The notes beneath the pieces were generated by a model that made no database searches, had not been told where the DNA came from, and worked only from the letters and a program-made list of their open reading frames with translations. DNA of 34,067 nt. It comes from Gonapodya sp. JEL0774 (Eukaryota). The position numbers and the translations under genes were made by a program. This document shows, piece after piece, positions 20,254 through 32,491 of this stretch; the stretch's first letter is position 1, and each line of letters starts with the position of its first letter. The DNA lies in the NCBI GenBank assembly GCA_027604505.1, contig JADIIX010000189.1, positions 1-34,067 of the forward strand. Direction: 5' to 3'.

Positions 20254-23200
20254 TCATCCTCGTACGTCGTCCATCTCAAGCGCCAAACCACCCGACTCGA
20301 TGCATCGGAGCATAGGAGACGTTGCAGGTAGCAAATTTCTGGGGACAGAGAGCGCAATATCCACGAGCTCATCGGCTTGTTCGAAGAGCTCGACAACGAT
20401 TCTCCGGAAGACAAAAGCCCCCACGCTCGCAATGATGACCACCGCAATAGCAAAAACGAAAGTTGTGATCGTTGAGGTGGATTGTAGAAAAGCAGTGACT
20501 GGATAATGAGACAGGTCCATTTACCAGATGTCGGTTGCGTGTTTCATCTATGCGAACTCACCCAACCCGTAGATCGTATCACTCTCTACAAGCAGGCCAC
20601 TACTCATAAAGGTCGACAAGGCGTAGGCTAGACGCCAATTGTCGTTGTTTATCGTCCGCTGTGACGGCGGCGCAGCAAGAAAATCCGCAGATGCATCCAG
20701 AAAGGCTCGAGTAATCCCTTCAAGACCATTGTACACCAAGTTTTTCGTGAACTTTATCGTGCTGTTGTAGACGAGCTTGTCGCAACCGCTGGACAAGAGG
20801 CAGGTGCCCCCAGTCAGAAGGAGGGCATCCAACTCGCGAACCTGGTCAGTTCCCGGGATTCTATCTGTCCCCACTCGAACGATTCGGTGTTTATCTCGCA
20901 ATGTGTCGATGGAGTAACTGAGTGTCATTTCCGCATCCCCTTGCTCCCAGAATTGAGTATCACGCGCCGCTACCTCTGTATGATTGATTGCGTTGTGAAA
21001 GAGACAAACGTTTTTGTGAGCGAGTGAATGATCGCCAAAGGGGTGGCAAACAAACCTGTATTCATCATCATCACATATTGCTAAAATTGAGAGGGATAGA
21101 TGGGAGAGAGAGTGTGTGTGAGTGGAGAGTATGGGTGGTTGTGCAAGGGCGACGCGAACCGCCAGCCCCGTTTGCGTTGAACCCGTGCTTTGAATAGTTC
21201 AAGAAATCTTTACTCACAAAAAGATATCGCTGCTCTGCCGCATTCTCTGCAGAAGGTTGAAGAGAAGTAAGAATCAAAGTTACCCTGTTTCCGATTCACA
21301 CGATTCACCTTGGAAAGTACCAAAGGATCGAAGATATGCGATCTGCCATAGACAATGAATGCTCAGTTTTGAGGCACGATGCTCATGTTGGCTATGCCTT
21401 TCTCACCCCGATCACAGAAGGCGCGAATATGACCAAACATGATCCCGCGACAAGTAGAGATCCAAGCCAAAACAGCGCTTTGGTGGTTGAGATTTTAGAG
21501 GTATTGGCTTCATTCTCGCGGACGTCCCGAGCAGGGAGTTCATTGACTTCAGCTCCCTTTTCGCTTTCATCAGCTTTTGAATCCTCTTCCACTTCAGCAG
21601 CGTCAATAATCAGACTATCCATGGACTGTTGGGATTGGAAGTGAGCTTGCTTAACCTGCAGTGAATCCGCTCGGAATCAGTTATTACCTCATCCAAACTT
21701 CGGAGTATCGCTTTCCTGACCGATTTCGGTATCCCGGCAATGAGCTTGAGCTGCCTCGAATGAAATAATGAGAAAATGTATTAACAGTATCTCATTATTA
21801 ACGATCTCACCAATGCCAATCGACGCATTGCGTTTTGGCGCATGGCCCGGAAGTACACGAAGAGGGCAAGCCCTATTTGCAGTGCCGCTTGAATGCCAAA
21901 CAAGGTCCAAAGAGACTCTTCTATTTTTCCAATACTCTGTGTGAATCAGTGCCAGTGTCCTTATCTGGTCTGAAAACATCGGGTGTATCTGATTCACGTC
22001 ATACCTTCAGGAAATCAGAGAATCCACTAGCGACAGCGGTGTTGAAGGTGTGACCGAGATCCTTTGGAGAGATATCACTTTGCCAACCACAAGCCTGAAG
22101 TTTCGGTTCTCTCTGTACTCACGACAGCGTTCTTCAAAAAGAATGCAAAATCTTTGTTAAACCTCGGGTCCGTTCCGTAGACAGATTTTAGGGTTGGAAA
22201 ATCCCTGAATCCAATCGAGTGGATCAACAGACGCGTTCACTGTTCCACAATTTCCTTCCATACCAATTAGTGATTCCGTCGAGAGCATCCAGACACCTCA
22301 GCAGCAAATTGTAGATCGAAGAAGACACTACGCTCCAAGTGCAATCGCCAGTGACAGGGTCTACTTTCACAAGGGTTATCGCGGTATACATATCATCTGG
22401 TGCGGGGATTCGAGTTTCATCCTTGTTTTTAAACGTGAATGAAGTTCCCCTTACCCTGATTATCAGGATCTGCGAAGATGCGGAGGTGGCAGTTACATTT
22501 TCTCAGAATGTGGTGATGAATATGCGATCGCGTCGGTTGGACTCACCCAAAGCCAAGAAAAATGGAAGATTCTGTGTTCTTATTTTTGTAGCGATTGATG
22601 AAACAAGAGTTCTTCGGGATGCACTTAAAATAAAGCGTGTGAGAGAGTCATAGTATTCCCCACTCTGAGTGCCAACATGAACACACTAAGCTGTTGCGTC
22701 TCCACTTTTCAAGTTCATGGTCATTAGGCGAATTTCCTGGGCTGCTTCCGTTACTGCTTGGCGTGCACTGTTGAATGTGATTTGAGCGTGCCACCGAACC
22801 CATGCAGATAGATTGACCCTACCGGCGGAAACCCTTACAAGAAGAACTTTAGTTGTACGGCATCAACCAAATATGGTGAACTATTCGCGATTGTTTCAGT
22901 ACCTTATTCTGAGCAACATAGTATGAAATCTTGGAGAAATTGAATGTTGAACAGACAACAGGGACGTCAGGAAGGTCAGCGTTTCTTGCATACGTCAGAT
23001 ATTCACAAGATGTTACCTGGTTGTAGGCGACAGTTGAAAGAACTACGCAAACGATATTACTGACTACAATTAAGAAACAGAATGAATTCAGCACTCACCA
23101 TAGCTCACAACAGACAAGGTAATAGCAGCAATAATAATTATAATCATTTGCTTGCTGAGAGCTCGAATGGGAGCTTTCATTCTGTTCTTGAATTGCTCGT

Positions 23201-26200
23201 GTAGATACTTTTGCTTCCTCATCTCCTTTCCACCTCCCCCTCCACTGCTCGTCTGAGATTGTGACTCTGGCCGAGTTCCAGTAAATGCTGGCGGAGATAC
23301 GTCAGTGATACCGTTGTCACGGAACTTTGTTTGCTTTAACACTGAATGACTGGGTTGTTCTCCTCCGATCGGCCAGTCGCCACCGGCCTCTGACATCGAC
23401 TCCACAGCGCTGATGTTCACGGATCCTGTCTCAGGTTGCGGTATAACAGCGTCCGAGTCGTTGTCCTGCTCATCATCTCCCCCGTCGTCAGAACCAAGCT
23501 GTTCCATTCTCTCCAACTCATCTGCCCGATCTAGGAGCACCTTCGCTTGGAAAGCGTCCCCTGGCAAAATTTAAGTTAAAATATTATGTGTAGCGAAGCA
23601 TACGTTGAATTTTCAAATGAGTCAGAACACTTATTCCCACCTTGTAAAACTCTCACGAATTCTGCGTACAACCGCAAAAGTTGTCTTGTATGCGGGAAAC
23701 GAGCAATAAGCTGTGCATAAGACTTGGCCGCGGTTGCCAGCTTGGAGTGAAAGTCAGATAACTGCATTTCTAACGTGGTAAAGGCTTGGTCAGGGTTGTC
23801 CATGTATGCCCAAACCTTCAAGAGTGTCCAATAGCTTTGTACATCAGTAAGAATTGCAATGACGACCGAATTCACCAACTTTGCGAAGGCTCAGGAGTGC
23901 TTCTTGGTGATACTTTTTCGCACTTTTTTCCAAGCTACTGAATTCTACAAAAGTCGCAATATTCGTAGATGCGCGCATTCCTACCGAACAAGAGCACTTT
24001 GGTGGGTCGTAGAGTTGATTGGTGAGAGTTATCCACCGAACCTCTCACCAAGATGTGCTGCCTTACGCTTAGTCTCATCCTCCGCTTCGAGAGATGTGAA
24101 GATAAAAAATTTGAGGGCAAAATCCGGCTGTGAGAGTTTAGTGAGGGGCTATCATCCCATACAATCGAAAGCGGCAGGCAAAAGATATCTTACAGCGCAT
24201 TTGTTCGCATTCCGGAGAAGTGTATCCACCTCATCTATCGCATCGTTATCAAAAGTTGCAATGTACTGCGCTGTAAATAAACCAAGAACGGAGGGTGGTC
24301 AGTTGGAATTGAAACACGCACAAACATTGCATCAATACCGTGAGCCCAGAATATAAACGCGGACTTCGGATATTGCTATCAAAAACGACAAAGATTCATG
24401 GTCAGAAAACGCGGGGCTTACAACCGCAGAAAGTTGATAAAACTTCGCACCGTTTGAGCTTCTGTGAAGATAACCTGCATGAGCGACCTCGAGTTCTCAC
24501 TGCTTGTTTGCTGGGTAAATCGACTAGCAATCTAGAGTGACAGCTTAGTGATTTATTGGAGCGGGAAGGGATCTACGTTCACCTCGGCGTGATAGGGACT
24601 CCAAAACACTGGGGCCGGGATAATATCTTTCTCCTTAAGAACGCTTTGAGCTTGCGTTTGTACGAAAGACAATCTGTCGCGCATCGCTTGCGTCCGAGCT
24701 TCAGATCCACGTGTTCCTTCACTGGTTTGCCAGTGTCGCAGGCTGCCGAAAACATTCATTTGCACCCGACCAAAATCCGACCTTTGCATGGTGTCCTTGC
24801 GAGAAACCGGATGAAGGTTTTGGGATTCTTCGATATCGTTCAGTGGAGCATTTGTAGTCTCCACTTCATCCTTTTCTTTTCGTTCGAGTACAGCGGAATT
24901 CAATATGCTTTTCCCGGAAACTTGGTTGCTTTTGGGGTCTCGGTGATCGAGTAGAATATTCCAACGGTCTCCAATTCTATGAATGACTGTAGCGCTGATG
25001 AATCGTTGAACGAGACGTGCACAGGCTTGCCCGATCGCCCATGACAAGGGAATAACAGCGCAGAGAGCACCAATGGAGCCGAAACTGGGAACGTTAGGAT
25101 CCGCGATCGAGAAGGTTATCAACGCGATAAGAGCAGACAATAATCCTTGCAACCAACCCCCTGTTGATAGCAGTTTCAAGGAAGAGATTTTGTATTAGAC
25201 AATTAGAAAAGTAGGTACTTACCAATTCTGAGTCCGTTTGTCCAGGCATTGAAATATGGAAGCCGCCACATGAATGCAAACGCGACAAATGCCGTTGACC
25301 CAATAATAACTCCAAGCAGTAACACCAAGTCGCCCGAGAACACGTCAACAAGCACAAATATTGTTTTGACAAGAACACATAGAACATCAACGTGGCCGTT
25401 GATCCGGGATGATGGACCCCTATTCGGTTGAAAAGGGAGCCATTCCCGCCCGTTTGAATTCCCCCCCAAAAAAAAATGGACAAAAGCGAACTCACACTGG
25501 CTTGAGGTCTGTGATGACCAAGTACAAGCTTTCACAAAGTATTCCGGTGTGTGTGAAGATCCACAAAGAGTCAATAATACTAATGCATCTTACCTCACAA
25601 AACACACATATCCGAAGAGCAAGAGGGTTGCAATTATCCCCACTAGAACCATGACAAACTGCAAGGGCTCTGAAAAACAAGTGCCACTGGCTGATAAACC
25701 ATTTCGGGAGCAATCACACGCATGCAGAAGAATTTCCAGGGAAGGTATGTAGCCAAAGGTGACAATAACCGACGTTGTAAACCTCAATGCTCGTAGGGGC
25801 TTCAGGTGGCAGAATCTCTCGAGTGTCGACCATGCATACTTTTACAAATACGAACTCACCCAAACGTGTCGGAACTGGCCCCTGCTAAAACACGTCACCA
25901 CATAAATCATCAAGAATATGACTGCGAGGACGAGGACTACAACGATCCAGAACGCGACTTGGAACACGGTGGTGCTGGTCAAGACCGATGCAAGAGGATT
26001 GAACACGTATTCGATACTTGGTGGGAGTCCGGGAATATATTCCGAGCGCCATGAAAAACTGCTTATTTGAAGGTCTGATAAAATGCTTCAGTTAGGTAGG
26101 TGCTGGTTGAGTGCAAACGCTGCCCCACCTTCCAGGAAGAAGAAAATGAATTCAACAATGTGCGACATGCGATTGTTTCTGCAAAGAGCGAAGAGCCTTG

Positions 26201-26373
26201 TTATGAGTAGCAGTGAGGTTATAATGGTTAAATTGGAACTGGTTAGTCCATGCAATGACAGCCGGGAACGCGCAGGACTCGGTCATGTAATACGAACACA
26301 GTGTAGAGCAGATTACTTTGGTATGTGAAGTCCGAATAGTTGAGAAGAAGAACCGAGTGAAGTCATGGATCAT
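20254..26373 (-). CDS. TmcB/TmcC (tiny macrocysts)-like multipass membrane protein, many exons
   Basis: N-terminal multi-TM region (HIVEFIFFFLE, W|PLRALRFTTSVIVTFGYIPSLEILLHACDC, WRLPYFNAWTN), then the TmcB-type helical repeat AAKSYAQLIARFPHTRQLLRLYAEFVRVLQG|DAFQAKVLLDRADELE. An acidic linker and repeated TM-loop-TM modules follow, ending TFVFAIAVVIIASVGAFVFRR..DIALSVP..DDVRG*. The start position is approximate. Confidence 0.72.
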
Positions 26374-26596
26374 GGAAGTATGCTCATCTCACAACTCGAG
26401 GCTCACCGAGAGGTTGGTTGAGCCCCAGGACCACCACCCCAGGAGATCCGTCTATCAGCTCCGAACATCGGGACGATCTGCACCGTGTGGATTAGGATCA
26501 GGAGAGAGTTACGATCAAGGACTCGGTGGGGTTGGATGATGAGCGGTAAAAGTTGGTGGTGAAAGGGGCCTGAGTTCGCTGCCTGTGCGACACCCT

Positions 26597-27499
26597 CGCA
26601 ATACCGGAATTCTGTGGTGTGCCCATATGAGGTGGTCCCTGCTTCGGATGCTTTGCCACACCCCAGATGAGAATTCTGGAGTGGTTTGGGGTGGTTCATT
26701 TACAATTCTGGGGTGGTTTTTTAGAACTCTGGGGTGGTTGCGAAAATGAGTTTGGTGACATGTGGTGTGATGCTGAATACAGTAGACATTGATGTATTAC
26801 AGTCTTGTGAGCAGATTTGAAGTACTCATGATGTTGAGGACCGGTTTAATGTATTACTTTTTTGATTCCTGGCGTCGACATCAGGTCTGAATTTCGACGC
26901 ACCACCAGATTGCTGCACCCCATAACAAGCAACTAACAAGCAGAAACCAGCTGGCTCACTTGCGCTCGTGGCTCACCTTGTAAGCTTTTGGCTCCGATGC
27001 TCTTTACACTCGCAACTTTCTCATAGTTTGTTCTGGTTTCATATTTCTGTAACATATCAAATACAGTGACTACTCTATATCCCAACTGTTTCAGTTCAGC
27101 TTTCAAATGAAGTCTGAAGTCCCCAGACTCAGACAGTCCATCGACGCCCACGCAGTAATTAAAGTTGAACGAGGGTTGGGAAAAGAAGTGTCAGAGTTTC
27201 GACTGGACCCACAGGTCCACTCCCTCGATAACCTACCAACTCCACCTTGGTTCCAAGCATTAAACGCAAAACAGAAGATTAATTGACACAAGAATACAGC
27301 TATTCCGGCGCATATCATATTACGGGATTGCGCAGTCCAGACCCGTGCTCCAAAAATACTGATTGACCCTGTCAGAATGAAAATCGACACCACCCCAGAC
27401 CCACCCCAGAGAGCCACCCCAGAATTCTCATCTGGGGTATGGCAAAGCATTCGAAACAGGGATTACCCTATATGGGGTACCCCAGAATTCTGTTATGCG
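26597..27499. mobile_element. Non-autonomous TIR DNA transposon-like element (903 bp)
   Basis: Imperfect inverted termini of ~90-100 bp (left CGCAATACCGGAATTCTG..ATGCTTTGCCACACCCCAGATGAGAATTCTGG; right, reverse-complemented, CGCATAACAGAATTCTG..ATGCTTTGCCATACCCCAGATGAGAATTCTGG). Subterminal CTGGGGTGG repeats occur at both ends. Flanked by the direct repeat GTGCGACACCCT (26585-26596 and 27500-27511). Confidence 0.8.
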
Positions 27500-28149
27500 G
27501 TGCGACACCCTCCTTCTCAAAACCGCAACGAGCCTCGGGCCGGTCTAGCCAGATCCCCACTCCTGGACTGGACCAGTATAGAGCCATCTAGAGCCATCCG
27601 GATCGGGTGATGAGTACAACTATAGTAGTAAATTTCTACTTGTCAAGGAGTTCATTCCAGAATTGCTTTTGAATAGAAGGAACGTATGGAAATCGATGGT
27701 CATCCCGGGAGTCACCAATATCACAATATCGCGATCGTACTGAAGAAACTTGGAATCTCCGTTTGGATTTTGGACTTTGGAATGATACACTACTAGTACT
27801 TTGATAGAAATACATTTAGAATGTGGGGGTTTTGCCCTTTGTCCTGCGCTCTGATCAACAATAGAAGGAAGCTTGAGGAACCATAATAATCTGCGCGGGA
27901 TTCTAGCGCACCACCTTGAGGAACGGCTACTGGGGTATACCTATATTCTACTTAGTCAGGAATCCCACATTGTTTGTGTTGTGGTGGGTGCTGTCGCTTG
28001 TTGGGCTGTCGCTTGTCACATCAGCGGAACCTCAGTTCTCTTCCTGGTTGTTAACTCTTTCACTGCACCTGGTAGACTTTCGTGCAATCAACTCTGTGCC
28101 GGAGCCCCTCTCCGCTCTTTGCGTGCGGTGACGTCCGTGTCACCCAAAA

Positions 28150-31100
28150 ATGATCGATGCTCTCCCACCGACACCACGTGGAAGTTCGCGAATTCCGCAC
28201 CTATCTATGACTGGTTTTGCCGGCGTGTCTCAGTCAGGGGGCTCCACCCGAAGGCTTTCGAGTGGGCGCGCAAAGATCACCTCTCAAGGTCCTTCCCAAC
28301 CTCCTTCGACGCAGACAATCAGCTGTCAAGCTAGAGCATCATTTTCGTTTGCAATCCGGAACTTTGTTGCGATTTTCGCCCAGTCTGCCGCAGCACTTGC
28401 AGAGACTACTCAGACAGAGACCCAGTCTGGTTCCGAACCCAGTGTGACACTGGCACTATCATCGGACGTATTTGTCGATGTGTCTGGTCGAAAATGGTCA
28501 CTTTCTGTGTCTTTGGCGCACACGTTTGTCGGCGGCGTGGACTCTGTCCCCCAGAGTCACTCCATGAGGCTATTCCCCGAATCAACCGCAGCCCGCTTGG
28601 GAGACGACCAGGCACCATTTACCTCGGGTTACAATAGCGCGAGTTCCACTGCAATAGCTACTGGGTTGGCGAGTCGCTCGGAAGTCCTACGTCGGTCGGC
28701 GGAACCACCGTCTCCGAGCTCGCGGGCCGGCTCACCATCCCCTGTTCCAGGCTTCCCAGTCACCCGCACACCAAGTCGTGTGCAGTCCGCTTCGGCGATC
28801 ACGGGAGGTAGCAATCCTTTTCTGTATTCCCCTGGTGGCTCTCCAACTGTCAGGCCCTGGACCAAGTACTCCATGGTGCTTGGAAGCCCGGGACGCCCAG
28901 CTTCACCTGATGTTAGTAATCCAATGGACTTACACGTTGGCAACGGAGTGAGCTCAGCTAGCATCAGCAACCCATTTGATTCGGGTTATTCTCCATTCGA
29001 CACTTCCAAGATAGAAAAGGACAAGATGCTGCGCCGGCGCGATTCCACTGCGGGGGGCCGTGGCTGGGTGGTAGGATTCAGGCTCGTGCCAGCGTGAGTA
29101 AAAGACTTTCAAATCTATTTCTCCGTCGGAGATTCTGTGGAGCATGCTATTGCGATGGTCGGTTGTGGGAAGGCAACGATTTTGAGCGATTCCCACGACA
29201 ACTCGTAATGTTCCAAAATCATGAACCTCACAACTTCTCGCCCATTTCCCTTTTATTTTGGATGATAGAGATAACTCCTCATCTAAGGCCCTCCTCCAGC
29301 CCATGCCGACTCTAACACTCTCCGCCTTCCAACCAACTGATGACACACCAATGTCCCCAACCGGGCCTGGTATTCCACCTAAGCTCCTTCTTGAGGGGGA
29401 TATTGTCCCCTTCTATGAGTGTGCTCTGACACCACACTCCGTACCATCCCAGGTGACGACGACCTCCACAGCATTGTTTCGGAGCAGCCATTCGTCAACA
29501 CCCCGCGCATCCCGCCCAAACCGTCCGGCTGACGGAGTGAATTCTTCGTCCTCATCTGGGTCCCTCTTTCATGCCTCTTCGTCATCCACTCAGTCTGGAT
29601 ATGCCTCTACCGTGCAATTGCAAATAGTTCTTGACCAACTCTGTCCTCCAACGCCTGATACCCTTCACGTTTCCGTGTCCATACCATCATCGACATTATT
29701 CCATTCTTCAGCCGTTGACGCTTTAACCACGCACAGGTCTTCAAAGATGCTTAATTACCCGACCCATATGGCGAATACCGCCGCCCTTTCGGGGCTTACC
29801 GACCCACATCCTGGTGCTCCCGGAAAACATCCAGTGCTGCCGAGTTACCACCATGTCACTGCAGTTCCCTTCGCTGCTGACATGCTTCTGTCCATCTTTG
29901 ATCAGCCGCAAATCGCAGACGTCGAGTTCGCCGTCACTGCATCACCTGGCTCATCTGCCGTCTCCTCCTCATCCCTGCCAGGAGCTCGGCGTTTTCGCTC
30001 AGTCTTTGCGCAGCGAAGCGTACTGGCGCGCCGCTGTCCCGGGCTCGCAAATTGGTTTTTGGCGCATGGGAACTCGAGAATACCCGCGAAACACATCGGT
30101 GAGGGTAACCAGGACCAACTTGTCGGCTCTGCTGCAGTGGTGAGCCCAGCTGTGAAGAGAATCCTTCGCGCAGGCGGGAAGGATTCTGCGGACTCGGATT
30201 TTAGCGAGTACATCTTTAACCCCGCGCGGGGAAGAAGAGGGAGGCGGAGTCCCTTCGCGTTTTCGGAGTTCTCTGAAGGGGGTGGATCGGACTCAGGGTA
30301 TGGAGACGGCCAGGGGTCCGAGGAGTCCATATTGGTAGTTCGGGTCGAGCATGTTTCGTACGACGCCTGGTGGTGGTTTGTTCGGTTTCTGTACTGCGGA
30401 GAAATTGACGGACTTGTAGGCTCATCTGTTACTGTAACAGACAAAGCTTGGCTCGCTGACGGGGCCTCGGCAGCAGCAGGCGATGATTCGTCCGATGCGT
30501 CAGATGATCTGGAGCACTACTCGCCTTCAGACAGTGGATCAAGGCCAGGCACACCCATCGGGAAGAACAAGTTTACTTCTCGTACAAATAATGTGAAGCG
30601 TGTGAGAACGAGGACGGACTCGTTGGTCGGAAATGAAGCTGTCGAGAGTCCTGTCTCATCTCGAACATCCATCAATAATGGCCTCAGTCGAGCAGGCGCG
30701 CAGTCTTCGAGTGAGCTGGCCCTGCTTCGAGATCTCTACTCTCTTTCACGAGCCTTTGGGGAACGCGTTCTGACCGCTGCCGTGCTTGCACGTGTAGCGG
30801 AGAGAGTTGAAGCGCGCAATGTCTCATTTTGGATGGATGTCGCAGCTGATGAGGAGAAGTGGGCGACCGGACTCGCTGGTGGTGTGAGAGGAAGTCGGGA
30901 CAGGAGTCTGTCAAACATTGGTTTTGGTGGAATGGGGGATGGTGACACCCGTAAACGAAGGAGGTCGGGCAAGAGGATTGGTACTTCGCCTTCTCGCGCT
31001 GGATTTGACATGTCACAACTTGACGGCGTGCAAGTCCGAGTAGGTGGCTTAGCGGGGGCAACGAGTAGTCCTAGTTCGCACCATCCTGTTGGGGCGACAC

Positions 31101-31282
31101 CGTTCATGTCTCCGCTGAGGCAGCTTCTGGTGGGATGGATCAAAGCAAATTGGGGTGTGGTAAGAGATTGTGGAGTTTGGGAGGAGTGGGTGGGTAAGGG
31201 AGGAGATGGATGGGAGAGTCTCCTCACATTGGTCGTGGAAGCAGTGAGCGAGGTAGAGGAGCTGGAAGCATCTGAGAACTGA
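28150..31282 (+). CDS. BTB/POZ-domain protein with MATH-like N-terminus (SPOP-like architecture), ~985 aa
   Basis: Exons 28150-29093 and 29269-31282 join in frame via a GT-AG intron (a small internal exon is possible). BTB motifs: ADMLLSIFDQPQIADVEFAV, SVFAQRSVLARRCPGLANWF, VRVEHVSYDAWWWFVRFLYCGEI, DLYSLSRAF. C-terminal LRQLLVGWIKANWGVV. MATH-like strands FSFAIRNF and SSDVFVDVSGRKWSLSV. Confidence 0.78.
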
Positions 31283-31610
31283 AGGAAAAGAGGAAGGAGG
31301 AGGAGAGGGAGAGATGGTAGTCGATTTACCGCAACTTTTCCAAAGATGAAGCATGCAGATGGAGAATCAGAGAGCATTTGTTATTCAGGAAGTTTGCATA
31401 CAGGACAGGATGACTTTATAAAGTTTATAGCATGGCTGAGCTGCCTGTTTTGCGTGTCGTGGGCAATTGATAATATAATGCCTGTGATATATATACTAGC
31501 GAAGAGTGGGGCCCAAAAGAGTACAAAGGTAAGACTGACAAACAATACGAAAATACATTTTTCTGTTTTTCTGGATGCTTTTTCGGGGGTGCTTTTTCTG
31601 TGTTGGCTGG

Positions 31611-32136
31611 TCAGAGGCGAGGTTTGGGCGGGAGGGAATTCTTGAACTGCTCAAGCTCAGTGAACTCCCGCTCAATGTCAAGAAGGATAGCGTTCGATTG
31701 GTCCACTGAATATTTGCCTGAGACTAAAATGAAGTAGGATAGCGTTCGATTGCGGTTGAGAGGAAGGGGAGGATACGAACATACCTCCACCTTCCATCGC
31801 CTCAACGAGCCGGAAATGGAGCCGCTCCTCCCATTCCTGTATTTCGTTTTGGAGGTTGAAGGAATGCCCTGGTAGGATGCCAATGTACTCATCAACCAAA
31901 TGTAAAAGACACTCGAGAGACGAGATAAATATCCTTGCCAGCCAGACAAGAAGATCTGCCAAGAGATTCCAGATAATAGGGCTGGAAGAGCTTCCGAAAG
32001 AGGGAAGGGCAGGGGAGAAGAGCTCTCACAAATTGAAGTTAATGTTCTCACCGAGGTCTGAGGACCGATAAGTCCCTCGCCCAGACGATCCCGAGAGCGC
32101 GTCAGCGAGAAGTTCGAGGCTGATTGCCACGTTCAT
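31611..32136 (-). CDS. Small spliced hypothetical protein
   Basis: ATG at 32136 (MNVAISLELLADALSG), plausible GT/AG sites, and helical-looking blocks NLQNEIQEWEERLHFRLVEAMEGG|GKYSVDQSNAILLDIEREFTELEQFKNSLPPKPRL*. Internal exon borders are ambiguous. Confidence 0.45.
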
Positions 32137-32491
32137 TCTGTGGAAGTAGCGACACTAGTAGTGTGGTGCCGGGGGGTGCGCGGGTTTTGATGTCTGACGA
32201 ATTTCCCGGCGGGCACAATCAAAAAACAAAACACGAGTTACGTAACGCCCACCAATGCAATTTTCTGGGACATCTGCTTTGCATGTAAATATCCCTAACT
32301 CACGGGTTCTTTTGCCTTTCTGTCAAGATCTCTGAGTGTAATCTTTCTCAAGAATACTTTCTTACCATTCTATTCAATCTGCTGATTATGTAACAAATCA
32401 AAAATTGATGGTGGTTTGACGAACCGACTTGCGGAGGTTTGGTCCCAACTACAAAGTCCCCAGCAGGACAGGTTTGTCGAACCAGACTGGC

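Noticed and set aside
26660..26740. Short spaced CTGGGGTGG repeats as a CRISPR-like or Chi-like array
   Set aside because: Units are ~9 bp with irregular spacing in a eukaryotic context and are mirrored at the other end of the element. They are better explained as subterminal transposon repeats.
27588..27600. Short tandem TAGAGCCATC duplication near the TIR element
   Set aside because: Only two 10-bp copies; not distinguishable from ordinary slippage.
29902..31377. Long antisense ORFs (180 and 213 aa) opposite the BTB gene
   Set aside because: Shadow frames of a GC-rich coding exon, with no independent motifs.
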